Assembly: GCA_963835575.1 (NCBI GenBank)
Contig: CAWIGG010000004.1
Location: forward strand, 704,001-768,000
Source of the DNA: an uncultured Spirochaetota bacterium
GTDB taxonomy: Bacteria > Spirochaetota > Brevinematia > Brevinematales > JAOACQ01
Reading direction: 5' to 3'
DNA length: 64,000 bases
Every line of letters starts with the position of its first letter. The first letter of the stretch is position 1. Made by a program: the position numbers and the translations under genes. Of the stretch, positions 9,198 to 19,340 are shown piece after piece. Below the pieces are notes generated by a model, which did not search any database, was not told the DNA's origin, and was given only the letters and a program-made list of their open reading frames with translations.

Positions 9198-10481
9198 GGG
9201 CGGTTTTAAAAACCGTCTAATTTATCAACACTTCCCTGATAATAGAAAATATTTTCAAAATATTTCTGCCAACAGGTTAAAAACTGTTTCTATTACCAAA
9301 ATTCAGCCAAACACGGGCAATATTATCCATATCTTCTGTATTTTAAGCCGCACAAGACGCAATTCGACCTTTTACCACAACATACCGTGCTAAATTATAA
9401 ACCAGATTCATCAGCCCGATTTGGCTCTCTGCCCTTTCTTTTCCTATCGATCGTATTGTACTGCCGTTCATACTATTTTCAACAAAACCAAAAACATGCT
9501 CAACACGAACACGGATGCGGCTCTTTCTTCTATTTTTTTCTTTCTGCTTCTCCGTCAATGGCTTATTTCTGTATCCTTTTTCGTGAATCCGGTTTTTCAT
9601 CTCAAATTTTTCTAATATTCCTGCTACCGTTGGGCCAACATATGCGCTGTCCGCGTAAAACGGCTTCCCTTTGTCTTTCTCATTCAATAGAGGTTCAACT
9701 ACCTGTGAATCGTGAACGCTCGCATCTGTCGTGACATAAGAACGAATAAGTTTTGACTTCACATCAACCTTTGTATGGTTTTTGTATCCGTAATGCCTCT
9801 CTTTATTCTTGGTCATCCAGCGCGCATCCGTGTCTTTATGGGAAAGCTTATGCGTATTATCTTTCCAATCTTCCGGAACCTCGCCTTCTTTTATTTTCTT
9901 GTTTTCTTCGCGGCTGTTCCTCTGCCGGGGAACATCCACAAAACTTGCGTCTACCATAACGCCCGCTTTCCCTATCACACCTTTATTCTCAAGATTCTCA
10001 TCGAATATTTTAAAAAGTTTCTCTATTGCTTTCGCTTTCGTCAGTTTTTCCTTGAATTCCCAGATTTTACTGTAGTCCGGAACTTTGTCCGAAAGTGTTA
10101 TCCCAAGATATCGCTGAACGGATAACCTGTCATTGATCTGAAATTCCGCTTGCTCATCGGAAAGATTGTAATACCTCTGGAATATCAGTATCTTGAACAT
10201 GAAAACATAGTCATAATGTGGCGCTCCACCCGGCGCCTTCTGCTCTTTCAGCGCCAAAATCTCTGTTAACAGCGGCCGGAACATCTCAAAGTCTACAACT
10301 CTGTTAAGCTTATCCAGCGGTGTTTTTACGCCGCTTAGCTTTTCCATCCGCTCCTGATATTCAAACAAGTTACGGTCTTTCCGCTTAATTTTTGTCATAG
10401 CCTTACCTCTGTTTTCTTTGACTATGATTATATGTTTTTATATACTATTTGTATATGATACGTGGGTTTTTCAAACCGCCC
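9198..10481 (-). mobile_element. IS5-family insertion sequence
   Basis: Terminal IRs GGGCGGTTTTAAAAACC / GGTTTTTCAAACCGCCC; 4-bp TSD TGAA (9194-9197, 10482-10485). Confidence 0.93.
9343..10398 (-). CDS. IS5-family DDE transposase
   Basis: LSDEQAEFQINDRLS, VDASFV, YGYKNH, YADSAY, RVRVEHVFG. Confidence 0.95.
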   Translation of the reverse strand: MTKIKRKDRNLFEYQERMEKLSGVKTPLDKLNRVVDFEMFRPLLTEILALKEQKAPGGAPHYDYVFMFKILIFQRYYNLSDEQAEFQINDRLSVQRYLGITLSDKVPDYSKIWEFKEKLTKAKAIEKLFKIFDENLENKGVIGKAGVMVDASFVDVPRQRNSREENKKIKEGEVPEDWKDNTHKLSHKDTDARWMTKNKERHYGYKNHTKVDVKSKLIRSYVTTDASVHDSQVVEPLLNEKDKGKPFYADSAYVGPTVAGILEKFEMKNRIHEKGYRNKPLTEKQKEKNRRKSRIRVRVEHVFGFVENSMNGSTIRSIGKERAESQIGLMNLVYNLARYVVVKGRIASCAA

Positions 10482-10530
10482 TGAAAAGAATATAAGTATA
10501 AGAATTTTGGTTTTTTTACATTTTGATTTA

Positions 10531-10817
10531 AAAATCCTGCTGAATTGGGGTTAAACAACCAGCTTTATTAAAACAAAAAGGAATTCTAAATCAAAATCCC
10601 CTTTCTGCCGGGCGTAGCCCCTTACCCCCCTCCCTCCGAATCCATCTTGCCTAATCAAAGCACCGGATACCAGCAATAAAGTATCTTTAAGAACACTAAA
10701 TCCTACAAATCCGCATAAATCCGTGCAAATCTGTGTGCAATTGGGGTCTATAAATAAGCTTTAATGAAATAAACAAGGGGCCTTAAACTCAAAACCCTTA
10801 TATTACAAGGCGTAGCC
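10531..10817 (+). repeat. Two tandem degenerate copies (10531-10619, 10695-10817) of the repeat at 6497-6615, in opposite orientation to it
   Basis: Both contain AATCC subrepeats, AATTGGGG and AGCTTTA, and both end in GGCGTAGCC. Confidence 0.8.
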
Positions 10818-10828
10818 ACCCTGTTGAT

Positions 10829-11374
10829 TTACCTTCTATTTCGTCCTATCATAATAACATTTTCGATAATTGTCAGGCCCAGATAAAAAACGCAAAAATA
10901 AGATATTATTATAGAAGCAACCGGATAATAAGAGATCAACAATATCCGGATCAAACAGATGAGTGCGATTGAAATCATGCAAATGAGCCCGGCGGCTTTT
11001 CCGAATTTTGTAAAAACGATCCCTTTTTTCAGGAAGCAGTTCAGCGTGTAAATTGAAAAAGCCATAAAGATAATTATAATTAAAATAAGCGGGACTGTTT
11101 TTTCCAGATAAAAAATTAAAAAAATAGAAAAGACGGCGATAAAATCGGCCGCCAGGTCCAATAAAGCGCCGCTGAAACTTTCAATCTTCCAGATTCTCGC
11201 CAGCATTCCGTCCAGGATATCGGAAATCAATATCGATAAAGCGATAAAAAAAAGTGTCAGATACGCATTATTGAATTCACTGATAATAAAGAACGGCACC
11301 AGCAGAATTCTCAGTCCGGTGAGGCTGTTAACTGTTAATCTATGAACATATTTACTTTCTTTCTTTGCCTTCAT
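10829..11374 (-). CDS. CDP-alcohol phosphatidyltransferase family protein
   Basis: NSLTGLR; SDILDGMLAR...GALLDLAAD signature; hydrophobic. Confidence 0.9.
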   Translation of the reverse strand: MKAKKESKYVHRLTVNSLTGLRILLVPFFIISEFNNAYLTLFFIALSILISDILDGMLARIWKIESFSGALLDLAADFIAVFSIFLIFYLEKTVPLILIIIIFMAFSIYTLNCFLKKGIVFTKFGKAAGLICMISIALICLIRILLISYYPVASIIISYFCVFYLGLTIIENVIMIGRNRR

Positions 11375-11384
11375 TCAATTATTT

Positions 11385-12125
11385 CTACAGTTCGCCTTTG
11401 ATCTTCCGGGCGAACGCCGCGGGATCGGTGGTGATAGTATTTGTTTCCTTGTATTGGATGAATTTTTCCCTGTCGAAGACTTTCGCTTCTTTTTCCTTCA
11501 AGAGCTTTTCAGTAGAATCGAGCTCATTCTGCTGCGCGTTGATTGGCCCTCCGCCTGTCAGGAGAATGAAGCTCTTGATCCCGCTGAGATCGTTATTTTT
11601 GATGTAATTCTCAAGCGGCGGGCGGATCTGCGCGCCGTAAACCGGTGATGTAAATCCGACGGCGGCAGCGTCTTTGATATTGATCTTTAAATTCTTGTTC
11701 GCGCTGTAAAGCACGATTTTATAATCCGTTTTACTGAACTCTCCGCCGAACTGTTTCAGCGTATTGGTGGTGAAGGATGTTCCGCCGGGGTGATAGATGA
11801 TGAAAATACTTTTACTGCCGGAAGGATTGCCCAGAGTGACGGCGGGGATATTCTGTTCGCGGTCCAGAAACGCAATAAACCACATCCCGAGACCGGCGGG
11901 CAGGGCCATCGTGATAAGAACAAAATAGAAAAAAATCATGAGCAGGACTCCGGCGATCCCTGCCTTTCCTGTCATCTGATGGATGATGGTATATCCCCAC
12001 AGCGCGGCAATGGCGAAGAGCGGGACGATTTTAACGCCGATAGGAATCATTTTACCCATTCCCGATATAAACATACCAAGCGTGCAGAACCCCAGTATGA
12101 CAGTAAAAATAATAGCGAAATTCAT
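11385..12125 (-). CDS. Membrane-anchored protein with flavodoxin-like C-terminal domain
   Basis: Three N-terminal TM segments; IIYHPGGTSFT, GFTSPVYG and FILLTGGG resemble flavodoxin-fold loops. Confidence 0.6.
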   Translation of the reverse strand: MNFAIIFTVILGFCTLGMFISGMGKMIPIGVKIVPLFAIAALWGYTIIHQMTGKAGIAGVLLMIFFYFVLITMALPAGLGMWFIAFLDREQNIPAVTLGNPSGSKSIFIIYHPGGTSFTTNTLKQFGGEFSKTDYKIVLYSANKNLKINIKDAAAVGFTSPVYGAQIRPPLENYIKNNDLSGIKSFILLTGGGPINAQQNELDSTEKLLKEKEAKVFDREKFIQYKETNTITTDPAAFARKIKGEL

Positions 12126-13588
12126 GACGGCCTCCTTTTATTTTTAAAATCAAAGATATGGCCGAAAACCTTTTTCCCGGCCCTGATAAAATATTTTACG
12201 TCTTCCAGGTCGCGGATGCTGACGAGCTTGCGGGCCAAAAACTCGGGATTGAAGGAAACGCTGTACAAGCCCTGGACGAGCTTCATGAGCTTTTCATTGC
12301 CCATTGGGGTTTTCATCACGGGCTCGCGCATGTCAAACCTGTCCCAGTCGTCTGTCAGGAGCCAGCCGTTTGATTTACATTCCTCGTAAAGCGGCGTTCC
12401 GGGATAGGGGATCACGACGGTGGCCTGCATGGTATAGGCGTAGTTTTTGATCAAAAGGTACTGGCCGAGTTTGAGTGTATTGAGGGCCTCTTCCTCCGTT
12501 TCCCAGGGATAACCGAACATGATAGTGATATGCGGATAGAGCCCCGCTTTACGGATCAGCTTGACATTGGCGATCATTTCATCAATCGTTTCGCCTTTTT
12601 TGACCCTGTCCAGCGTGTTCTGGTTGGCGGACTCAATGCCGACAAGGATCAGGCGGAAGCCGGCCTTTTTCATCAGCTTCATGTCCTCGAATGACAGGGC
12701 TTTTCCCAGCCGCATATTGCAGTCGATATTGACCTTTTTATTGTAGCCCCTTTTTATCATCCCTTCGCAGAATTCCTTAAGCCAGTCCCCGATGGGGAAT
12801 GTTCCCGTATCGTCCATAATTTCCTTAACGCCGTATTTTTCAATGAGCATGCCGATTTCATCCAGGAGAAGGCTGGGGCTTTTTTTATTAAAAAAGGGAA
12901 AGAGAGTGGTCCATGAGCAGAAAGTGCATTGATGGTACCAGCAGTCCCTGCCGACCATGGTGTATGTGCCCGGGGTCTCTTTATAGTTCCCGTTATTAAA
13001 GGCATAAAGCCGCCAGTTTGTGAGGTCCCTGTCAATCGCCGGGAGGATATTCAAATCATATTTTCTTTCAAATTGTCCGCTGTTCAGGACGGTGCCTTCC
13101 CTGCTTTTCCAGTAAATTCCAGGCTCAAGAGGACTTTTTTTCGTTATATAATCCGCCAGGCTCAGGAGTAGGAAATCATAATCGCCGCCGGTCAATATAT
13201 AATCGACTCTGGATTTTTCAAAAGCCTCAAGCGGGAAGGCGGTGACATGGTCGCCCATCAAGACTATTTTTGTTTCAGGCAAAAGGGATTTGATATCATC
13301 GATAATCTGATAGTGTTTTTTTACGACTGGGGTCTTAGTTTCCATCGCTATCAGGTCCGGTTTGTTTTCAACGATCCTCTTTTTCCATGCTTCATAGTTC
13401 AGTCCTTCTGCGATGGCGTCATCCCATAAAATAGCGTAGCCTTTCTGTTTAAGATATGTCGCGGCCGAAGCGGGAACCATGGGATAGATATATGTCGCGT
13501 CGTTAAACCACTGGAACTGTCTGTTCTGCGTGAGGAGCGGGACGCCTTTGCCGCTGTCCAGAGGCGGGTAGGAGATGGAAATTTTCAT
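12122..13588 (-). CDS. B12-binding-domain radical SAM protein
   Basis: GRDCWYHQCTFCSW cysteine cluster; GIESANQ; IPYPGTPLY; N-terminal Rossmann-like region (VLMGDHVT). Confidence 0.9.
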   Translation of the reverse strand: MKISISYPPLDSGKGVPLLTQNRQFQWFNDATYIYPMVPASAATYLKQKGYAILWDDAIAEGLNYEAWKKRIVENKPDLIAMETKTPVVKKHYQIIDDIKSLLPETKIVLMGDHVTAFPLEAFEKSRVDYILTGGDYDFLLLSLADYITKKSPLEPGIYWKSREGTVLNSGQFERKYDLNILPAIDRDLTNWRLYAFNNGNYKETPGTYTMVGRDCWYHQCTFCSWTTLFPFFNKKSPSLLLDEIGMLIEKYGVKEIMDDTGTFPIGDWLKEFCEGMIKRGYNKKVNIDCNMRLGKALSFEDMKLMKKAGFRLILVGIESANQNTLDRVKKGETIDEMIANVKLIRKAGLYPHITIMFGYPWETEEEALNTLKLGQYLLIKNYAYTMQATVVIPYPGTPLYEECKSNGWLLTDDWDRFDMREPVMKTPMGNEKLMKLVQGLYSVSFNPEFLARKLVSIRDLEDVKYFIRAGKKVFGHIFDFKNKRRPS

Positions 13589-13590
13589 TT

Positions 13591-14565
13591 TTACCTCTTT
13601 AAATCCGTTGTGAATAAAATCCCTTTTATAAAATTAATGCCGTATGTCATGTGGGACAGAAAAACGCCCGCCACTGTCCAGAACGTCTCGATCACCGCGG
13701 GTTTTAAGGCAAAGATGATACTGAGCAGGAAGTAAAAACCCATAACGGCCCAGTAAACGGCGGCAACGGGCAATGAAAAAAGCGAGAGGATAAAACCCGC
13801 CGCGGCAAAAAGGAAAAAAGCGGATGGTATAAAGTAGGAAAGCTTGAATGAGGTCTCCGGGTATTTCTTGGCGAAAAAGCCGCGATGCATTGCGTAATTG
13901 GCGATTTGCCTGAAATGGTATGGGAATAGGTCCCTTCTATGGTGATAAACAAGGACATCAGGCGAGTAAAGGATCTTATAGTCGAGGCGTTTGATTTCCA
14001 GGCAGAATTTTGTGTCTTCACCTGGATAGAATGTGGAATCGAACCCGCCGATTTTATCAAATACGGACTTGCGCACGATCAGGTTGACGGAAGGGATGTC
14101 GTAATCCTCATGCACTTTCCCAATAGAGATATATCGTTTCCTGTACTGGCCGCTCATGACAAAGGATGAATAAACATTACCGGAGATCTTTTTCCAGAAC
14201 GGCTCGCCTTCAGGCGTTACTGCCGGCCCGCCGACCGCGGCGATCTTCGGGTTTTTAAAAAACTTCAGCGCGTTTTTCAGCCAGTCTTTGCGGGGAAAGG
14301 CGTCGTCATCGATGAAAGCGAGAATTTCACCTCGGGCGTTTTTTGCCCCGAGGTCCCTTTTCTCAGCAGGGCCGACTTTGCCGCTCGGGATGACTTTGAT
14401 ATCGAGCCTGCGGGATAAGATTGCTTTCTCATTCCGGTCCGGCAGGATGATGATCTCAAAATTCCCCGCGTCCAGTTTTTCATAGTATGTAATACTTTCC
14501 CTGATGTAATCATTAAAACGGGGCAGCGGGATGATTATGGATACATGAATCTTTTTACGCGGCAT
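13591..14565 (-). CDS. Glycosyltransferase family 2
   Basis: VSIIIP, AFIDDD (DxD), GGFDSTFYPGEDTKF; C-terminal TM helices. Confidence 0.92.
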   Translation of the reverse strand: MPRKKIHVSIIIPLPRFNDYIRESITYYEKLDAGNFEIIILPDRNEKAILSRRLDIKVIPSGKVGPAEKRDLGAKNARGEILAFIDDDAFPRKDWLKNALKFFKNPKIAAVGGPAVTPEGEPFWKKISGNVYSSFVMSGQYRKRYISIGKVHEDYDIPSVNLIVRKSVFDKIGGFDSTFYPGEDTKFCLEIKRLDYKILYSPDVLVYHHRRDLFPYHFRQIANYAMHRGFFAKKYPETSFKLSYFIPSAFFLFAAAGFILSLFSLPVAAVYWAVMGFYFLLSIIFALKPAVIETFWTVAGVFLSHMTYGINFIKGILFTTDLKR

Positions 14566-14666
14566 ATAGCGCAGTGTCGCTCCTTTTGTTTGGATCCTGG
14601 CGGATATTTTATCATAAGACAGTCAATAAAACAAAGAATAGATAAATTTTATTCCTTATCTGTTTG

Positions 14667-14987
14667 GTCCAAATTATTGTATTGGGTCTTCCGCGAAGCC
14701 ACGCGAATTCACGCTAATAATTATACAGGTATACTAGAAAACTAAAATTTATATATATCTCGATACAAGAGTAAAAGCAGGGAGAAAACACTCAGGGAAC
14801 GATTTAAGACTTTTTACACAGTCTGATGGTTTACAGAGATTTAATATTTAAAATTAAATTATAACTCTGTGAGCTCTGTGTGAGAATTTCCAACCTATAA
14901 CTTCCAATTCATTTCTTTTCACCCCGATTTGCGTCCATTCGCGTGCATTAGCGGATTATCCGTAGAGCCATCAGATTTAATTTGGAC
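14667..14987. repeat. Nested inverted repeats in divergent intergenic region
   Basis: GTCCAAATTA (14667-14676) / TAATTTGGAC (14978-14987); CCGCGAAGCCACGCGAATTCACGCTAAT (14691-14718) / ATTTGCGTCCATTCGCGTGCATTAGCGG (14927-14954); IS-end-like GACTTTTTACACAGTCTG (14808-14825). Confidence 0.7.
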
Positions 14988-15020
14988 ACAAGCAGAACCT
15001 TATGCTAAAATGACAAAGGT

Positions 15021-16297
15021 ATGAAAAACAATAAAATCCTTTTTATCGTCTGTCCGCCCTTCTGGGAAAAGCTTCCGCCCCTGGGCATCGCTTATCTGAC
15101 CGGATATTTAAAGAGCAAAGGCTTTAAACCCATTGTTTTTGACCTGAACGCCAGGCTTATCCGCCTGATGCCCGCTTCATTCAGAAAAGACTGGACCATC
15201 AATAGAGATTATATCCGCGGATCATTTTTTGATTTTGCCTTGAACAATTATCCGGATCTTTTCCTTGAATTATTAAGCATGGTCGCGCTGCATTCCATAG
15301 AATACATCGGCTTCAGGTTTTTAACAGCAGCAGGGAATTTACGCTTTCAACGGCGAGGCTTATCAAGGAAAAGTTCCCGGAAATAAAAATCATTCTCGGC
15401 GGACCTGAGACATTCGCCATGAAACAGGAAGGGTTTAAAAAACTGAAAGGGATCTATCATCTTATCATCGGGGAGGGTGAGGAAGCCCTGGTAACTTTAT
15501 TGGAGGGAAAAACAAAAGAAAGGTATATTGAAACCCGCGGCAATGCATTTACAAAATATTTCCCGAAATATGAAAGCATGGATTTAAGTCTCTATTCCAG
15601 GAAAGGGAGTCTGCCCGTTCTCATGAGCCGGGGGTGCATTCACAAGTGCCGGTTCTGCCTTGAACGGCTGATTTATCCGGATTATCACATAAAGAAAGCC
15701 GGGCTGGTGTTCGAGGAAATCCTCTATCATTACAAAAATAACGGTGTGCGGTGGTTTACATTTTATGACTCGATATTCAACGGCAATCTGATGGAGCTGG
15801 ACAGGCTCCTCGATCTTATCCTGCGGGAACGTTTGAAAATCATGTGGGACGCGCAGATAGCGGTGAGAAAAGACATGGGCGCTGCGCTGTTGAAGAAAAT
15901 GAAAAGAGCCGGCTGTATCAATTTGTTTATCGGCCTGGAAAGCGGCTCAGACAGCCTGCTGAAAAAGATGAATAAGCATTTTACTTCGGAAGAGGCCGCG
16001 CTCTTTTTCCAGAAGCTCCGGCAGGCGGGCCTTCAGTTTGAGGTGAGCCTGATCGCGCATTACCCGGGAGAGACTGAAAAACAATTGAGTGAGACTCTGT
16101 CCTTTCTCAGGGACAATAAAAAATTCATACCGAAAGTGGCACAAATCAGCCTTTTCAGGAATTATCCGGGAACTTCTGTTACTGTGCCGGAAGGTTATAA
16201 TGAAGCCGTCGGTCTAGAAAAAATAAACCGGATGCTTGATTTCCTCAAAGAGCAGGGAATACCCTATACAAAAAGCTATGTAAATAATCTTATTTAA
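15021..16297 (+). pseudogene. B12-binding radical SAM protein split by a 1-nt frameshift near 15316
   Basis: ORF1 has LPPLGIAYL. The alternate frame after 15316 reads VFNSSREFTLSTARLIKEKFPEIKIILGGPE and runs into ORF2 with SRGCIHKCRFC. Confidence 0.85.
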
Positions 16298-16459
16298 GGA
16301 CAGTTCCAAAAACCTTGTTCTTGGAACTGTCCCGTTTTAGATAAACTTTTTGGTTTATATAACTCCCGCTGCTGCGTGGAGTTCGCAAAGCGAACTCAGC
16401 AGCAGCAGAACTCAGAACAACTTTGATAGTTCAAAAATTATGAATTTTTAGAACTGCCT
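16298..16459. mobile_element. MITE-like three-hairpin element, copy 1
   Basis: GGACAGTTCCAAAAAC...GGAACTGTCC; central GCTGCTG..GAGTTCGCAAAGCGAACTCAGCAGC; ends ...TTTTTAGAACTGCCT; homologous to 33223-33386; flanks TTAA/TTTA. Confidence 0.8.
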
Positions 16460-16552
16460 TTTAGGCAATAGAAATATTCCGGTAATAATTATTTTGACGG
16501 AAATGCGGATCATCTCTATGATAGATGGTCAGTAAAAGAGGGGACAATAGCG

Positions 16553-18589
16553 ATGGGTTCGCAGAAAAAAAAAGACAATAAATCCTGGCTGGAAGAACTT
16601 AATGAAGCCCAACGGCAGGCCGCAACTTTTGGAGAGGGACCGCTTATTATAGTAGCTGGCGCCGGCAGCGGCAAGACAAAAACGCTCGCTTCAAGGGTGG
16701 CCTGGCTTTTAACACAGGGGATAGACCCGCAGAAGATCCTTCTCCTGACGTTCACCCGGCGTGCCGCAGAGGAGATGCTGAAGCGCGCCTCCCAGGCCGT
16801 CGGATCGTCGGGGCAATCAGCTGTTAAGGTCTGGGGCGGAACGTTCCATTCCACAGCGAACAGGCTTCTCCGGATTTACTCTGAGGCCGCCGGCTTGAAC
16901 CGCGAGTTTACCATCATGGACCAGACCGACGCAGAGGACTTTCTGGACATTCTCCGGAATGAGCTTGCTGTGGACAAAACCGGCGCGCGGTTTCCCAGGA
17001 AGAGCACATGCCTCGCCATCTATTCCAGAAAAGTGAACGGGACGGAAAGCCTGGATTATGTTTTAAAAAAATACTTTCCCTGGTGCGTCCGGTGGAAGAA
17101 TGAGCTGACGGAGCTTTTCCGCCTGTATGTGGAGAGGAAACAGTCCCAGAATGTGCTTGACTATGACGATCTTCTCCTTTACTGGTATCTGCTTCTCGAG
17201 GACGGATCCATAGCGGAATCCATGGAAAACAGGTTTACGCATATCCTTGTGGATGAATATCAGGATACCAACCCGATCCAGTCGGGAATCCTGCGGAGAA
17301 TGCGTCAAAAAAATAAAAATATTACGGTTGTCGGCGACGACGCCCAGTCCATCTACAGCTTCCGGTCGGCGACGGTCCGGAACATGCTGGATTTTCCGAA
17401 GCATTTCCCCGGCGCCGCCGTTATCACTCTGGAGCAGAACTATCGTTCCGTGGAGCCTATTCTCAATACAACGAATGTTTTAATTTCTCAGGCAAGGGAG
17501 CGGTTCAGTAAAAATCTATTCTCAACGCGTCTGGAAGGCTCAAGACCGGAACTGGTGACCTGTTTTGATGAGACTTTTCAGGATGAGGCCGTCATCGGCA
17601 GGGTGCTCGCGCGGTATGAGGAAGGCATCCCGCTCCATAATCAGGCTGTTTTATTCAGGGCCGCGTCGAATTCCGCCTCCCTGGAAATCGCTCTTTCGCG
17701 GAAAAACATTCCCTTTGTAAAATACGGCGGGCTGCGGTTTCTTGAGGCCGCCCATATCAAGGACCTGCTGAGCTTTCTAAGGGTCCTGGAGAACCCGAGG
17801 GATGAGCGGGCATGGTTCCGGATGCTACAGCTTTTTAAAGGCATCGGGCCGGCAATAGCGGCCGATATCTTCAAATTTATTAGCGGGTCTCAATACAGCC
17901 TCGGCGCTGTCGGATCTTATACCGGCGGAAAAGATGTTTCCGGGCACATGAAAAAATTATCGGCGTTGTTTAATGACTGCGCTGAAAAAGGACTGGCGCC
18001 TTCAGAGGAAATAGAGAGGATTTTTAAATTGTACAGGCCTCTTTTAAAGGAACTCTATGAAAACCCTGACCAGCGCGCCGCCGATATCGAACAGCTGGCC
18101 GGACTGGCTTCGGGTTATGAGACAAGAGGAAAGTTCCTGACGGATTTGATGCTTGACCCGCCTTCTTTTACGGGCGATCTTGCCGGGAAGCCGATAATGG
18201 ATGAAGATTATCTTATTTTATCGACCATCCATTCGGCGAAAGGCTGCGAATGGGACGCGGTGTATCTCATCCATGCGGCAGACGGCTGTCTTCCCTCGGA
18301 TATGGCGACAGGCTCCGCCGAGGAGATCGAGGAAGAATTGCGCCTTGCCTATGTCGCCATGACGCGCGCCAGGGACTATTTGACGGTCCTCTGGCCGAAG
18401 CGTTTTTATTCAAGGCCGGCCGGGTTTTCAGACAATCATGTCTACGCCCAGCTTTCAAGGTTTTTTACGCCGGAAGTGCTCTTCACAATGATTGAATCCT
18501 CGGCCGGCGCGGTTGAGGAAGAAAAGGACAAAGGATCAATCTTAAAACCCATTGAGAGCGTTCAATCAAAATTGAAGGGAATGTGGTAA
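16553..18589 (+). CDS. ATP-dependent DNA helicase, UvrD/Rep/PcrA family
   Basis: AGAGSGKT, LTFTRRAA, VDEYQDTN, VGDDAQSIYSFR, STIHSAKG, EELRLAYVAMTRA. Confidence 0.95.
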   Translation: MGSQKKKDNKSWLEELNEAQRQAATFGEGPLIIVAGAGSGKTKTLASRVAWLLTQGIDPQKILLLTFTRRAAEEMLKRASQAVGSSGQSAVKVWGGTFHSTANRLLRIYSEAAGLNREFTIMDQTDAEDFLDILRNELAVDKTGARFPRKSTCLAIYSRKVNGTESLDYVLKKYFPWCVRWKNELTELFRLYVERKQSQNVLDYDDLLLYWYLLLEDGSIAESMENRFTHILVDEYQDTNPIQSGILRRMRQKNKNITVVGDDAQSIYSFRSATVRNMLDFPKHFPGAAVITLEQNYRSVEPILNTTNVLISQARERFSKNLFSTRLEGSRPELVTCFDETFQDEAVIGRVLARYEEGIPLHNQAVLFRAASNSASLEIALSRKNIPFVKYGGLRFLEAAHIKDLLSFLRVLENPRDERAWFRMLQLFKGIGPAIAADIFKFISGSQYSLGAVGSYTGGKDVSGHMKKLSALFNDCAEKGLAPSEEIERIFKLYRPLLKELYENPDQRAADIEQLAGLASGYETRGKFLTDLMLDPPSFTGDLAGKPIMDEDYLILSTIHSAKGCEWDAVYLIHAADGCLPSDMATGSAEEIEEELRLAYVAMTRARDYLTVLWPKRFYSRPAGFSDNHVYAQLSRFFTPEVLFTMIESSAGAVEEEKDKGSILKPIESVQSKLKGMW

Positions 18590-18608
18590 AGAATCTCAAT
18601 TCATAGAA

Positions 18609-19223
18609 TTATCTTTCCGCAAAGATCAGAAAAGCTTTTCCCATATCAGTTTCGTTAGTTTCATAACGGATGTTTTTAAAATTTGATGCCGACAACACGA
18701 TGATGACATCATCCAAAGTATATTTATTAAATATTTCATTGCGTGTCAGGCTGATCTTATCCAGCCGCTCAGGGCTGGACATGTAGAGATATAAAGCCCC
18801 ATTTTCTTTTAATAGATTGAAGATTTTTGTAAAATACCGGCCGAGGTCATTCCAGAAATAGAGCACATTGATCCCGAATATTTTACTGAAGTTCTTTTCA
18901 ATAGTATAAGTCAAAAGATCTCCATGGGACAGGAATATTTGATTTTTATCAGAATGGATTTTATTTTTCCTGACGGCTTTCTTATACATGACCCTTGAAA
19001 AATCGATCCCGTATATTGTGATATTCTGATCCCGGCATGCCAGGGAATTGATACCTGTACCGGCGCCGTAACCTATTTCCAGTATTTTGTCCCCATCTAT
19101 TGTCTTAATGAGCGGCATCACCCACCGGTAAGTCTTTTCGTTTCTTTTCTCCATCTTTCCGGAAATTATTTTCCCCAATAATCCCGAGGGCTTTCTATAC
19201 TGTTTTGCGATCATTTTTGACAT
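18609..19223 (-). CDS. Class I SAM-dependent methyltransferase
   Basis: ILEIGYGAG; GIDFS; QYRKPSGLLG N-terminus. Confidence 0.9.
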   Translation of the reverse strand: MSKMIAKQYRKPSGLLGKIISGKMEKRNEKTYRWVMPLIKTIDGDKILEIGYGAGTGINSLACRDQNITIYGIDFSRVMYKKAVRKNKIHSDKNQIFLSHGDLLTYTIEKNFSKIFGINVLYFWNDLGRYFTKIFNLLKENGALYLYMSSPERLDKISLTRNEIFNKYTLDDVIIVLSASNFKNIRYETNETDMGKAFLIFAER

Positions 19224-19340
19224 GGTTGTTCCCCGCTGTTTATCTGCTTTAATAAAATTACCAATTGAGTTTTTATTATAAAAACCATTTAAATAATTGT
19301 AAAAATAAAATATTTTTATTAAATTGAGAGAAACTAAATA

